64,000 bases of DNA, taken from the NCBI GenBank assembly GCA_965219685.1, contig CBDCOH010000002.1:1152001-1216000 (forward strand), given 5' to 3'. The DNA is from Candidatus Spongiisociaceae bacterium (GTDB lineage: Bacteria > Actinomycetota > Acidimicrobiia > Spongiisociales > Spongiisociaceae). Both the position numbers and the translations under genes were made by a program. The notes under the pieces were generated by a model. It worked only from the letters and a program-made list of their open reading frames with translations. It did no database searches and was not told where the DNA came from. Shown piece by piece: positions 38,944 through 47,607 of the stretch. How positions within the stretch are numbered: position 1 is the first letter of the stretch; each line of letters opens with the position of its first letter.

Positions 38944-39125
38944 GTCCTCCTCGGCTGGGGGCCGGGTCTGACCCACGCGAAAACTGGCGTTTGGTGCCTT
39001 TCCCACGATCTGTCGACCTGGCCCTAGCCGGGAGCCCTGAACCGGGGAGCGGGGTGACCTTATAGGAGCTTCGACTTCTCCACCTTGAGTGTTCTGTCCG
39101 CCGCTCTGCCCGGCTCAGGGGGACT
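38944..39125 (+). ncRNA. Predicted IS110 bridge RNA (target-binding and donor-binding loops)
   Basis: Stems 38959-38968/39015-39024 and 39035-39052/39101-39120 enclose segments matching the target (38975-38984, 39003-39009) and donor (39062-39072, 39086-39093) junctions; RNA ends approximate. Confidence 0.8.
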
Positions 39126-39158
39126 TGGAATTGTAGGCAGCTAGCGGGAGGTGGGCAC

Positions 39159-40394
39159 ATGGAAGAGCAAGATCGAGCCGATGGCATGGTTGTGGTCGGT
39201 GGGGTGGATACGCATCGGGATACCCATGTTGGGGCGGTGGTCGATGCCGCGGGTCGGCTGTTGGGATCGGCCCAGTTCCGGGCTGATGCCACTGGCTATG
39301 GGCAACTGGTTGCCTGGATGGAGTCGTGGGGTCGGGTCAGCCGGGTCGGGGTGGAAGGGACTGGCAGCTACGGTGCCGGCCTCGCCCGTCACCTCGGCGG
39401 GGCCGACATAGAGGTGGTGGAGGTGAACCGTCCCAACCGGCAGCTACGCCGCCGGCGGGGCAAGGACGACCACACCGACGCCGAAGCAGCAGCTCGGGCA
39501 GCTCTGAATGGTGAAGCAACCGCGGTGCCCAAGTCCGGCGACGGGCCGGTCGAGTGGATACGGATGCTGTCAGTAACCCGCCGCTCCGCCGTCAAGGCCC
39601 GCACCCAGGCCGCCAACCAACTCCATGCCTTGGTGGTTGGTGCCCCAGAGCCGATAAAGGACCAGCTAAAGGGCATGAAACTCAGAGCCCGCGTCCGGGT
39701 GTGCGCCCGGTTCCGACCCAGCGGAGAGTCCTCTGTCAGCTACGCTAAGCAGGCTCTCCGCCGCCTGGCCCGCCGCTACCAGGTCCTCGACACCGAGATC
39801 GCAGAGCTCGATGTCGAGATCCGCCGTCTCTGCGCCAAGGCCAACCCGGCCCTGTTGGCCGCCAACGGTGTCGGCCCCGACACAGCCGCCAAGCTGCTGG
39901 TCGCAGCCGGCGACAATCCCGAGCGTATGAAATCGGAACGATCCTTCGCTGCGCTGTGCGGTGTCAGCCCTGTGCAGGCGTCGTCTGGGCGAAGGGTTCG
40001 GCATCGTCTCAGCCGGGGCGGCAACCGCCAAGCAAACAGCGCCCTGTGGCGGATCGCTACCAACCGGATGCGTACCGACGCCGCCACCAAAGCCTACGCG
40101 GCACGACGCAAGGCCGAGGGGAAGAAGAGAAAGGAGATCATCCGCTGCCTCAAGCGGCACATCGCCCGAGAAACCTACCGTCTCCTCACCAACCCGCCAC
40201 CAACCCCGAACTGCGCCCGGCTACGCAGCCGACGTCAACAACGCGGAATCACCGTCACCGAGGCCGCCCGAACTCTCGGAACCTACCCCAGCCGCATCTC
40301 AGCACTCGAGCTCGGCCGAGACCACAACCACCAACTCGCTACCCGATACCAGAGGTGGCTCCGAACTCCCGAACCGGCCCCGTCCCCGACTTGA
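39159..40394 (+). CDS. IS110-family DEDD recombinase/transposase with C-terminal XRE-like HTH
   Basis: GVDTHRDTH (D), VGVEGTGSYG (E), GKDDHTDA (DD), GVGPDTAA, GVSPVQASSG (Ser), RLSRGGNRQANSALW; GGGAGG RBS. Confidence 0.95.
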   Translation: MEEQDRADGMVVVGGVDTHRDTHVGAVVDAAGRLLGSAQFRADATGYGQLVAWMESWGRVSRVGVEGTGSYGAGLARHLGGADIEVVEVNRPNRQLRRRRGKDDHTDAEAAARAALNGEATAVPKSGDGPVEWIRMLSVTRRSAVKARTQAANQLHALVVGAPEPIKDQLKGMKLRARVRVCARFRPSGESSVSYAKQALRRLARRYQVLDTEIAELDVEIRRLCAKANPALLAANGVGPDTAAKLLVAAGDNPERMKSERSFAALCGVSPVQASSGRRVRHRLSRGGNRQANSALWRIATNRMRTDAATKAYAARRKAEGKKRKEIIRCLKRHIARETYRLLTNPPPTPNCARLRSRRQQRGITVTEAARTLGTYPSRISALELGRDHNHQLATRYQRWLRTPEPAPSPT

Positions 40395-40396
40395 CA
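40391..40396 (+). promoter_or_regulatory. -35 hexamer TTGACA of the predicted circle-junction promoter (-10 CATACT at 38932-38937)
   Basis: Circle junction TTGACA AACATAGGAGCATCACT CATACT has a 17-bp spacer. Confidence 0.75.
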
Positions 40397-40410
40397 AACA
40401 TAGGAGCATC

Positions 40411-40690
40411 GTGGAGATCGGCTTCCACACAGGGCCCGCCCCCACCGCCACCTCCTCGAATCCCGGACGCGTCCTGCCGCCTCCCCCCTACGGGTCGCTC
40501 CGGGTGCATGATCCCTGCCCGGTCCGTTCGGTACCGCCTTCGGACCGTTGGTGTCTACGGCTACTTACCAGTATGCGACGGCGCTGTGACACGGGCCCAT
40601 CGAGAAGCTTGAAACCTCGGAGGGTTGCGAGCGCGGAGGGTGTGCCGTTCTCGGACGGAGATGCTGGCCGCGAGGAACTGAACACCCGCC
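40411..40690 (+). repeat. Right part of the dispersed repeat interrupted by IS110
   Basis: 40432-40455 and 40549-40576 (26/28 identical) match the reverse complements of 56646-56670 and 56533-56560. Confidence 0.8.
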
Positions 40691-40696
40691 AACCCT

Positions 40697-41215
40697 CTAA
40701 GGGTCGACCGGCACCAGGCGTAGACCCATCGACGGGCTCCGGGGCTGGCAGCCCAGGACGGTCTCCGGATCGACGTAGATCCCCCCGATTCGTACCGAGA
40801 AATGCAGATCGTCGTGGATTGGTCCCGGACTCAGGAGTCCCAGCCGGGTTCCGCGCTCAACGCGTTGGCCTCTTGTCACCGTGGGCCCGCCCAGATACGA
40901 GTAGCTCGTCACGAGCTGTCCACCGTGATCGACGCTGACCACCAGGTTGCCGGCGACCTCGCCCGCGAAGGCAACGCGGCCCCTGGCAGCCGCTCCGGCG
41001 TATCCGTCCGAGTCGCCGGAATAGTCGATCCCCCAGTGGCCCTCGTATCCGGGTCCGGGGTCGAACCGGTGGGTGGTCACGCCATCGCTGGGTGGATCGA
41101 GACCGACGCAGGATAGGTTCCCTCCTCCGGTTGTCGGCAGCGCAGCCGGGAACTGACCTACCGACATCGGTAGCGCGATGAGGATGCCCAGGATCGTCGG
41201 GCAGAGTGAAGCCAT
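40697..41215 (-). CDS. M23-family metallopeptidase
   Basis: GHWGID, VSVDHGG..TSYSYL, LHFSVR..YVDP; AAGGAG RBS. Confidence 0.85.
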   Translation of the reverse strand: MASLCPTILGILIALPMSVGQFPAALPTTGGGNLSCVGLDPPSDGVTTHRFDPGPGYEGHWGIDYSGDSDGYAGAAARGRVAFAGEVAGNLVVSVDHGGQLVTSYSYLGGPTVTRGQRVERGTRLGLLSPGPIHDDLHFSVRIGGIYVDPETVLGCQPRSPSMGLRLVPVDP

Positions 41216-41470
41216 GAAAACACTCCTTGCCTCCCGTCGCCTTGCCGAACAGAGTCAGCGCCGCCACGGCATCGCCCGATCTACCGGCGCTCGGGCCCAG
41301 CCGTCTACCCCGGAAGGTAACCCGCAGGGTCGACCTTGCCAAGGGGTCTGTGGGGACCGGTCTCACGGCGGTCGCCGCTGCTGTCGATCGCCGCATGCCT
41401 GAACCAACTCACCGCCTGAACTAACCTGGAAACCCGGGCCATTCTTTCGCGTTAGACGAGGTCGCTCAGG

Positions 41471-42802
41471 ATGCGAATCATCATCGTTGGTGCCGGTGCG
41501 ATCGGCGGTTACATCGCCGAGCGCCTGTCACTGGAAGGCCAGGACGTCGTGGTCGTCGAGATCAATCCCAAGCGCGCCGCGGAGATCCGGAACCGCCTGG
41601 ACGCCCTGGTGATAACCGGCAACGGCGCCAGCGCATCCATTCTGGCCGAAGCAGGCGCCGATGAAGCCGACCTGCTGCTGGCCGTCTCGACCAGCGACGG
41701 CGCCAACATCATCGCCTGTCACACGGCCACGAAGATGGGTGTTCCGCGCACGGTGGCACGGGTCCAGGATCCAGGGTTGAAGGACGGCTTGGAGGGCCTG
41801 GACGTTGACTTCGTGATCGATCCGGTCGAGTCGGCCGCCAGGGAGATAGCGGCTCTGGTAAGCGAGTCGGGGGTGTCCGAGTTGATCGAGTTCGGAGGAG
41901 GGAAGCTCGCCCTCGTGGGCGGTACCGCGACCGCGCTCTCCCCGCTACTCGGCATCCCCCTCAGGAGGATACGCGGCCGCTTCACCGAGTTCCGCTGGCT
42001 GGCGATCGCCGTCGTGCGCAACGGCATCACGATCGTGGCTCACGGTGACACGACGATACGCGAGGGCGACCATCTCCTGCTCATGGTGCGGAGCCACAAC
42101 GTGGAGCGGGCCAAGACCCTCATCGGGATCCGCGGTCCCAAGATACGCCGGGCACTGATCATCGGAACCACCCGGGTGGCGCGTCTGACAGCCGACCATC
42201 TCGTTGAGACCGGCCTACCGATCGTGGTCGTCGACCCTGACATGAGTCGTTGCCGCGCTGTAGCTGAGCGCCATCCGTCGGCCTTGGTGATCGCCGGTGA
42301 CCCGACCGACCCGGAGGTGTACGACGATCTGGGGATCGATCAGGGCGACGCGGTGGTGGCCCTCACCGGTATCGACTCGATCAACCTCATCGGATCGCTG
42401 GTCGCGAAGGCGCTGGGCGCCTCCACGACGATCACGCGCGTCACGCGCATGAGCTACGTGGGACTCCTGGCCGGTATAGGAGTGGACACCACGGTGTCGA
42501 CCAGGCTGGCCGCCGCTGCGCAGATCCTTCGCTTCGTCCGCCGGGGCACCGTCCACTCGGTCGCCACCTTCTCCGACACCGATGCGGAGGTGATAGAACT
42601 CGAAGTAGATCCTGCTTCGGAGGCGGTGGGACACACCCTGCTCGAACTGCCGTTGCCGTCCGGCGCGGTGATCGGGGGAATCCTGAGAGGGGACAGTTCC
42701 TTCGTCCCATCGGGTGTCACCTCCATCAGGGCCCACGATCACCTGATCATCTTCACCATCCCGACCGCGATGGCAAGAGTCGAAACCCTGTTCACTACGT
42801 GA
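41471..42802 (+). CDS. trkA: Trk system potassium uptake protein TrkA
   Basis: MRIIIVGAGAIG; two RCK_N/RCK_C pairs; adjacent to trkH. Confidence 0.93.
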   Translation: MRIIIVGAGAIGGYIAERLSLEGQDVVVVEINPKRAAEIRNRLDALVITGNGASASILAEAGADEADLLLAVSTSDGANIIACHTATKMGVPRTVARVQDPGLKDGLEGLDVDFVIDPVESAAREIAALVSESGVSELIEFGGGKLALVGGTATALSPLLGIPLRRIRGRFTEFRWLAIAVVRNGITIVAHGDTTIREGDHLLLMVRSHNVERAKTLIGIRGPKIRRALIIGTTRVARLTADHLVETGLPIVVVDPDMSRCRAVAERHPSALVIAGDPTDPEVYDDLGIDQGDAVVALTGIDSINLIGSLVAKALGASTTITRVTRMSYVGLLAGIGVDTTVSTRLAAAAQILRFVRRGTVHSVATFSDTDAEVIELEVDPASEAVGHTLLELPLPSGAVIGGILRGDSSFVPSGVTSIRAHDHLIIFTIPTAMARVETLFTT

Positions 42803-42836
42803 GACGGTCCGGGAGCCTGAGCAGGGGTATCCGCCG

Positions 42837-44342
42837 GTGAGCGACCGCGACCTTCCGACCGAGTCGCGGTTCTTCCTGCGACGGCCGGGTCCCACCTTCC
42901 GCCGGCTCTTCTACGTGATCGGAGCCGTGGTGGTGGCGGCCGGGACCGCCATGTTTCCGGCAGCGGTCACCGCGCTCATCTACCGGGAACAGGAAGTTGC
43001 CGCCTGGATCACGTTGTCGGGGGTGCTCACGATCCTGGCCGGACTGTTCGGCTGGCGAGTGATGGGTCGTCCCGGGACCCTCACCACCAAGGAGGGGTTC
43101 GCCTCGGTAGGCTTCGCCTGGTTCGCCATGGCATGCTTCGGAATGCTCCCGTACCTGCTGACCGGAACCATCGACAACCTCACCGACGCACTCTTCGAGA
43201 CCGTGTCCGGCTTCACCACCACCGGCGCCACCTTGATCCCCGATCCGGCCGCTATGCCCCGCGGCATTCTCATGTGGAGGTCCACCACCCAGTGGCTGGG
43301 CGGCATGGGCGTGATCGTCCTGTCGCTGGCCGTCCTCCCCGTCCTCGGAACCGGCGGGGTACAGCTGGCTCGGGCCGAGTCGCCCGGGCCCGAACCCGAT
43401 CGGTTGACGCCTCGATTCCGGGAAACCGCCAAGAGGCTGTGGTACATCTACGCCTTGTTGACGCTGGTGGAGATCCTGCTCCTATGGGCGGGGGACATGA
43501 CGCTCTTCCAGGCCATCAACCACTCCTTCACCAACATGGCCACCGGCGGGTTCAGCACCGAAGCCACCTCCATCGACGGTTTCAGCCCGTACGTGCAGTG
43601 GGTGGTGATCGCTTTCATGTTGATTTCCGGAACCTCATTCGCGCTGCACTTCCGAGCCCTGAGGTATCCCGGCCGGTACCTCAAGAACACCGAGTTCAGG
43701 TTGTTCACCGGGATCGTGGCGGTCGCCACCCTGGTCATGATCCTGAGCCTGTGGGGGCAGGCGCCTGCAGCCGACGTCATACGCGACTCGGTCTTCACAT
43801 CTATGTCCCTGGTCACCGGCACCGGATACGCGACCGCCGACTTCGGCGCCTGGATACCGGCTCTCCAGCTGTTCGTGGTCGGCCTGATGTTCCTGGGCGG
43901 TATGGCGGGATCGACCACCGGCGGCATCAAGATCTACCGCATGGGTGTGCTGGTCAGGGCGGCCGCGGCCGACCTGAGGCGCCTCATCCACCCTCGCGGG
44001 ATCTTCTTGATCAGGTTCGGCTCGAAGCGGGTGCACGAGCACATCGTGCAGAGTGTCCAGTCGTACTTCCTCTTCTTCATGTTCCTCTTCATGACCGGTA
44101 CCTTCCTGCTGGGCTTCCTGGGCGCCATATTCGGGCCCGAACTCAGCCTCGTGGAAGCCGCATCGGCCACCGCCAGCGCGCTCAGCAACTTCGGCCCGGC
44201 GCTCGGTGAGTTGGGGCCGACCGGCAACTATTCCGCCCTGACGTGGCCCGGCAAGTGGCTGCTGGCGTTTCTCATGATCGCGGGCCGGCTCGAGATCTTC
44301 CCCGTCCTCCTATTGTTCACCCGATCCCTCTGGAGGAAATAG
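42837..44342 (+). CDS. trkH: Trk system potassium uptake protein TrkH
   Basis: FETVSGFTTTGAT, QWLGGMG, ATGGFS, TGTGY, GSTTGGIK, SNFGP, GRLEIF. Confidence 0.95.
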   Translation: MSDRDLPTESRFFLRRPGPTFRRLFYVIGAVVVAAGTAMFPAAVTALIYREQEVAAWITLSGVLTILAGLFGWRVMGRPGTLTTKEGFASVGFAWFAMACFGMLPYLLTGTIDNLTDALFETVSGFTTTGATLIPDPAAMPRGILMWRSTTQWLGGMGVIVLSLAVLPVLGTGGVQLARAESPGPEPDRLTPRFRETAKRLWYIYALLTLVEILLLWAGDMTLFQAINHSFTNMATGGFSTEATSIDGFSPYVQWVVIAFMLISGTSFALHFRALRYPGRYLKNTEFRLFTGIVAVATLVMILSLWGQAPAADVIRDSVFTSMSLVTGTGYATADFGAWIPALQLFVVGLMFLGGMAGSTTGGIKIYRMGVLVRAAAADLRRLIHPRGIFLIRFGSKRVHEHIVQSVQSYFLFFMFLFMTGTFLLGFLGAIFGPELSLVEAASATASALSNFGPALGELGPTGNYSALTWPGKWLLAFLMIAGRLEIFPVLLLFTRSLWRK

Positions 44343-44392
44343 TTGTTAGTTGTTAGTTGTTAGTTGATTATGACTAGCGACTAGCGACTAGC
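44340..44392. repeat. Facing heptamer arrays (TAGTTGT)x~4 and (GACTAGC)x3 at the trkH/proB convergence
   Basis: 44340-44367 and 44372-44392; each array overlaps a stop codon. Confidence 0.88.
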
Positions 44393-45495
44393 ACTACCAG
44401 GTGGTCTCGGTGAATGACTTCGCCTACTGAGCCGATCTCTGTGGAACGCTTTCCCATCCGGAGCCGCAGCTCGGACGAGCCGGCGCTGACCAACCCTTTG
44501 CCTACCAGGGAGCCGGCCGGATCGTAAACCTCGACGGCCGCTCCCGCCGCGAAGTCACCCTCCACGCCGACTACTCCCACCGAGAGCAACGAGCTGCCGC
44601 GTCTCACCAAGGCTCGCACGGCGCCGTCGTCGATCCGGAGCCGGCCCTCGGGCTGCTGGCCGAAGGCAAGCCACAGCTTGCGCGCCGGCAGTCTGGCGGT
44701 TCCCGGCAGCACGTAGGTCCCCGTCTCCTCCCCGTCGATGATGCTCCGGACCACGCCCGGTCGGGCCGACCGGGCGATGACGGTGGGGATCCCGGACCAG
44801 GCCGCCATGCGGGCGGCTTCTATCTTGGTCCCCACCCCTCCCGATCCGATCGGCCCGGCGGATCCCGGAGCCAGCCGGTCCAGCAACGGATCGCTGTGCC
44901 GGATGACCGAGATCGGTTCGCCCTCGCCGGAGCGGGGATCCGCCGAGTAGAGGCCGTCCGTGTCGGTGAGAATCACCAGCATCCCGGCTCCTACCAGGTG
45001 CGAGACGATGGCCGCCAAGCGGTCGTTGTCCCCCATCTTCAACTCTTCGACGGCCACGGTGTCGTTCTCGTTGACGATCGGCACGATGGAGTTGTCGAGC
45101 ATCCTCTGGAGCGCCCCTCGGGCGTGGAGGTACTGGGAACGCATCGACAGGATGTCCAGGGTTATCAGTACCTGGCCGACCGTGAGTCCCAACTCGCCGA
45201 AGGAGCGGTTGTAGCGGGCCATGAGCAGGGTCTGGCCGACCGCGGCGGCGACCTGCAGGCCGGTGGTGTCGCGGGGCCGGCGTCCCAGTACGGCCGAGCC
45301 TGCCGCTACCGCACCGGACGAGACCAGGACGGTCGGGAACCCGGCATCCCACAGCGTTCCGACCTGCTCGGTCACCCTGACGATGGCGTCGCGGTCGATC
45401 CCGCCTCCCGGCAGGGTGAGGCTGGAAGAGCCTACCTTGAGCACGATCGGCGTCCTGCCGGGGGGCTTGGCGCGGCCGTGCAGGATGTCAGCCAT
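44374..45495 (-). CDS. proB: Glutamate 5-kinase
   Basis: LKVGSSSL, LVSSGAVAAG, AAVGQ, NENDTV, GDNDRLAA, PUA domain; ATG at 45495. Confidence 0.96.
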   Translation of the reverse strand: MADILHGRAKPPGRTPIVLKVGSSSLTLPGGGIDRDAIVRVTEQVGTLWDAGFPTVLVSSGAVAAGSAVLGRRPRDTTGLQVAAAVGQTLLMARYNRSFGELGLTVGQVLITLDILSMRSQYLHARGALQRMLDNSIVPIVNENDTVAVEELKMGDNDRLAAIVSHLVGAGMLVILTDTDGLYSADPRSGEGEPISVIRHSDPLLDRLAPGSAGPIGSGGVGTKIEAARMAAWSGIPTVIARSARPGVVRSIIDGEETGTYVLPGTARLPARKLWLAFGQQPEGRLRIDDGAVRALVRRGSSLLSVGVVGVEGDFAAGAAVEVYDPAGSLVGKGLVSAGSSELRLRMGKRSTEIGSVGEVIHRDHLVVLVASR

Positions 45496-46747
45496 CCTCG
45501 GACTCCCAGAACTCGAATAGGTGAGCGCCGATCCGGACCTCGTCCCCCTCCCGAGCCCCTGCCCGGCGCAGTGCGCCATCCACGCCCAGGCGCGCGAGGC
45601 GCCGGGCGGCCAGGCCGGCGGCCTCCGGTAGCGTGAGATCGTTCAAGGCCACCGCTCGCTCTGCATCGCGCCCCTCCACGACCCACGTACTGTCGACCCG
45701 CTTGACTGAGAAGGTCGGGCCGAGTGGTCGGTGCAGGATGAAGCCCTCGCCGCCCTCCATGTCCCGGTCGGCGAGTTCTACGGTGTCGGCGATACGGTGG
45801 AGCAACTCGTTTATGCCCGTTCCCGAAACGGAACTCACCACCATCGCGTCGGGAACCGTCCGGCGCAGGGCGTCCTGGACCGAGTCCTCGACGCCCAGGT
45901 CCGCCTTGGTCAGGGCCACGATCCTGGGCCGGTCGGCCAACTCGGGGTCGTGAGCCCTCAGTTCGCGGCGCAGCACCTCGTACTGGTGTTCCGGAGACAG
46001 TTCCTGGAGTGGGGAGGGATCCACCAGCACCACCAGCACCTTGGCTCTCTCGCAGTGCCGGAGGAACTCGTGACCGAGACCTTTCCCTTCGGCGGCGCCT
46101 TCGATCAGGCCGGGGACGTCGGCCAGAACGAACTCCCGGTCGCCGATCACCACCACCCCGAGATTCGGTTCCAGCGTGGTGAACGGGTAGTCGGCGATCT
46201 TGGGTCGGGCCGCCGATACCCGCGAGATGAGAGTGGACTTCCCGGCGTTCGGAAAGCCGATCAGTGCCGCGTCGGCGACGAGCTTCATCTCGAACGTGAA
46301 TGAACTCCGCTGCCCGTACTCCCCCTGCTCGCAGAAGGTCGGCGCCCGGTTGCGAGGGCTGACGAGCGCGGCGTTACCCCTGCCACCACGGCCACCCTCC
46401 AGCACGACCACCCGTTGTCCATGTTCCACGAGGTCGGCGAGCAGGGTCCCGTGGTCGTCGAAGACCACGGTTCCCGGCGGGACCTTGACGATCAGGTCCT
46501 CGCCCCGCCGGCCGTGCCGCAGGTCGGATGATCCATGGGTTCCGCTCCCGGCCGTACGATGGGGGCGGCGCCGGTAGGTCTGCAAGGTTGCCCTGTGGTT
46601 ATCAGCCGCGACTATCACCCTGCCGCCGCGGCCACCCGAGCCGCCGGCGGGTTTCCCCCGGGGCCGCCGTCCTTCCTTGATGAACGACACCGCTCCGGCC
46701 CCGCCGTTGCCAGAGCGGAGATGTACGCGGACATGGTCTACGAACAC
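45488..46747 (-). CDS. obgE: GTPase ObgE
   Basis: Gly-rich Obg fold, GFPNAGKST, YPFTTLEPNLG, DVPGLIEGA. Confidence 0.97.
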   Translation of the reverse strand: MFVDHVRVHLRSGNGGAGAVSFIKEGRRPRGKPAGGSGGRGGRVIVAADNHRATLQTYRRRPHRTAGSGTHGSSDLRHGRRGEDLIVKVPPGTVVFDDHGTLLADLVEHGQRVVVLEGGRGGRGNAALVSPRNRAPTFCEQGEYGQRSSFTFEMKLVADAALIGFPNAGKSTLISRVSAARPKIADYPFTTLEPNLGVVVIGDREFVLADVPGLIEGAAEGKGLGHEFLRHCERAKVLVVLVDPSPLQELSPEHQYEVLRRELRAHDPELADRPRIVALTKADLGVEDSVQDALRRTVPDAMVVSSVSGTGINELLHRIADTVELADRDMEGGEGFILHRPLGPTFSVKRVDSTWVVEGRDAERAVALNDLTLPEAAGLAARRLARLGVDGALRRAGAREGDEVRIGAHLFEFWESEDG

Positions 46748-46829
46748 GGCGCCAGTCCTTGGTCGACAGGTATCAGCCGGTAGTCTGAAGTGGCAGTGAA
46801 TACTACTGGCGGCTACCGACCAGCAACGA

Positions 46830-47078
46830 CTAGCTGAGGACGCTCACCCGCCGGCGACCGTGCCGCATGTGGTACTTGACCGTTCCCTCCTTGAGGGCGA
46901 AGAGCGTGTCGTCGCCTCCCCGGCCAACGTTGTCTCCGGGATGGATGCGCGTTCCCCGCTGGCGCACGAGGATGGTTCCGGCGTTGATGTACTGGCCGTC
47001 GAAGACCTTCGGACCGAGCCGCTTCGCCTGCGAATCGCGCCCGTTCTTGGTCGAGCCTCCGCCTTTCGTCTTGGACAT
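46830..47078 (-). CDS. rpmA: 50S ribosomal protein L27
   Basis: [16 protein letters not shown]...RQRGT...GGDDTLFA. Confidence 0.97.
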   Translation of the reverse strand: MSKTKGGGSTKNGRDSQAKRLGPKVFDGQYINAGTILVRQRGTRIHPGDNVGRGGDDTLFALKEGTVKYHMRHGRRRVSVLS

Positions 47079-47094
47079 CCTGGCCTCCCTAGGG

Positions 47095-47406
47095 CTATGC
47101 CGAACCGATCCGTAGGATCTCGAGCCTCGTGTAACGCTGACGGTGCCCCTTCCGCCGACGGTAACCGGTCTTGTTCTTGTACTTGAAGATGTCGATCTTA
47201 CGGCCCTTCACCTCGCCCAACACGCGGGCGGTGACCGCCAGGCCGCCGAGAGTCGCCTTGTCAGTGACGGCGGTACCGTCGTCACCGACTACGAGCAAGG
47301 GGGTGAACGTCACGTGGCTATCGGCGTCCTTGAGCAGTTCGACATCGAGGACGTCTCCGGCCGAAACCCTCGCCTGCTTGCCGCCGGAGCGGATGATTGC
47401 GTACAT
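47095..47406 (-). CDS. rplU: 50S ribosomal protein L21
   Basis: [11 protein letters not shown]...[16 protein letters not shown]. Confidence 0.97.
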   Translation of the reverse strand: MYAIIRSGGKQARVSAGDVLDVELLKDADSHVTFTPLLVVGDDGTAVTDKATLGGLAVTARVLGEVKGRKIDIFKYKNKTGYRRRKGHRQRYTRLEILRIGSA

Positions 47407-47607
47407 GTCAGACCCGAGCCCTTTCGCCGGAGGGAAGTCTAGGAGAGTGACGGGCCGTAATCCAGCAGCCTGCCGATCCGGAGACAACATAACCGAACCG
47501 GGTCGATGGTCCAAAGCAGGACGACCGAGTTCGGCGAGGGTCGAGTTGCTCCCTTCCCTTCCCCATACGTCACGATCCGTGCGGTTACGGCAGCCGGCCC
47601 CTGCAGG

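Larger units (their letters stand above)
38929..40410 (+). mobile_element. IS110-family insertion sequence (no terminal IRs, no TSD; shared C at 38928/40410)
   Basis: Removing it restores the exact 22-nt spacing seen in the empty repeat copy at 56671-56692; joining the ends gives TTGACA-17-CATACT. Confidence 0.88.

Noticed and set aside
38659-39292. ORFs spanning the IS left end (38659-39006, 38768-39292)
   Set aside because: They cross the IS boundary and overlap nadD or the transposase; the region is better explained as repeat plus bridge RNA
38929-40410. Terminal inverted repeats or target-site duplication for the IS
   Set aside because: None found; only one shared C at the junctions, consistent with IS110-group conservative recombination
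41216-41470. c-di-AMP (ydaO) riboswitch upstream of the M23 peptidase or trkA
   Set aside because: The context is suggestive, but the conserved aptamer blocks were not found on either strand
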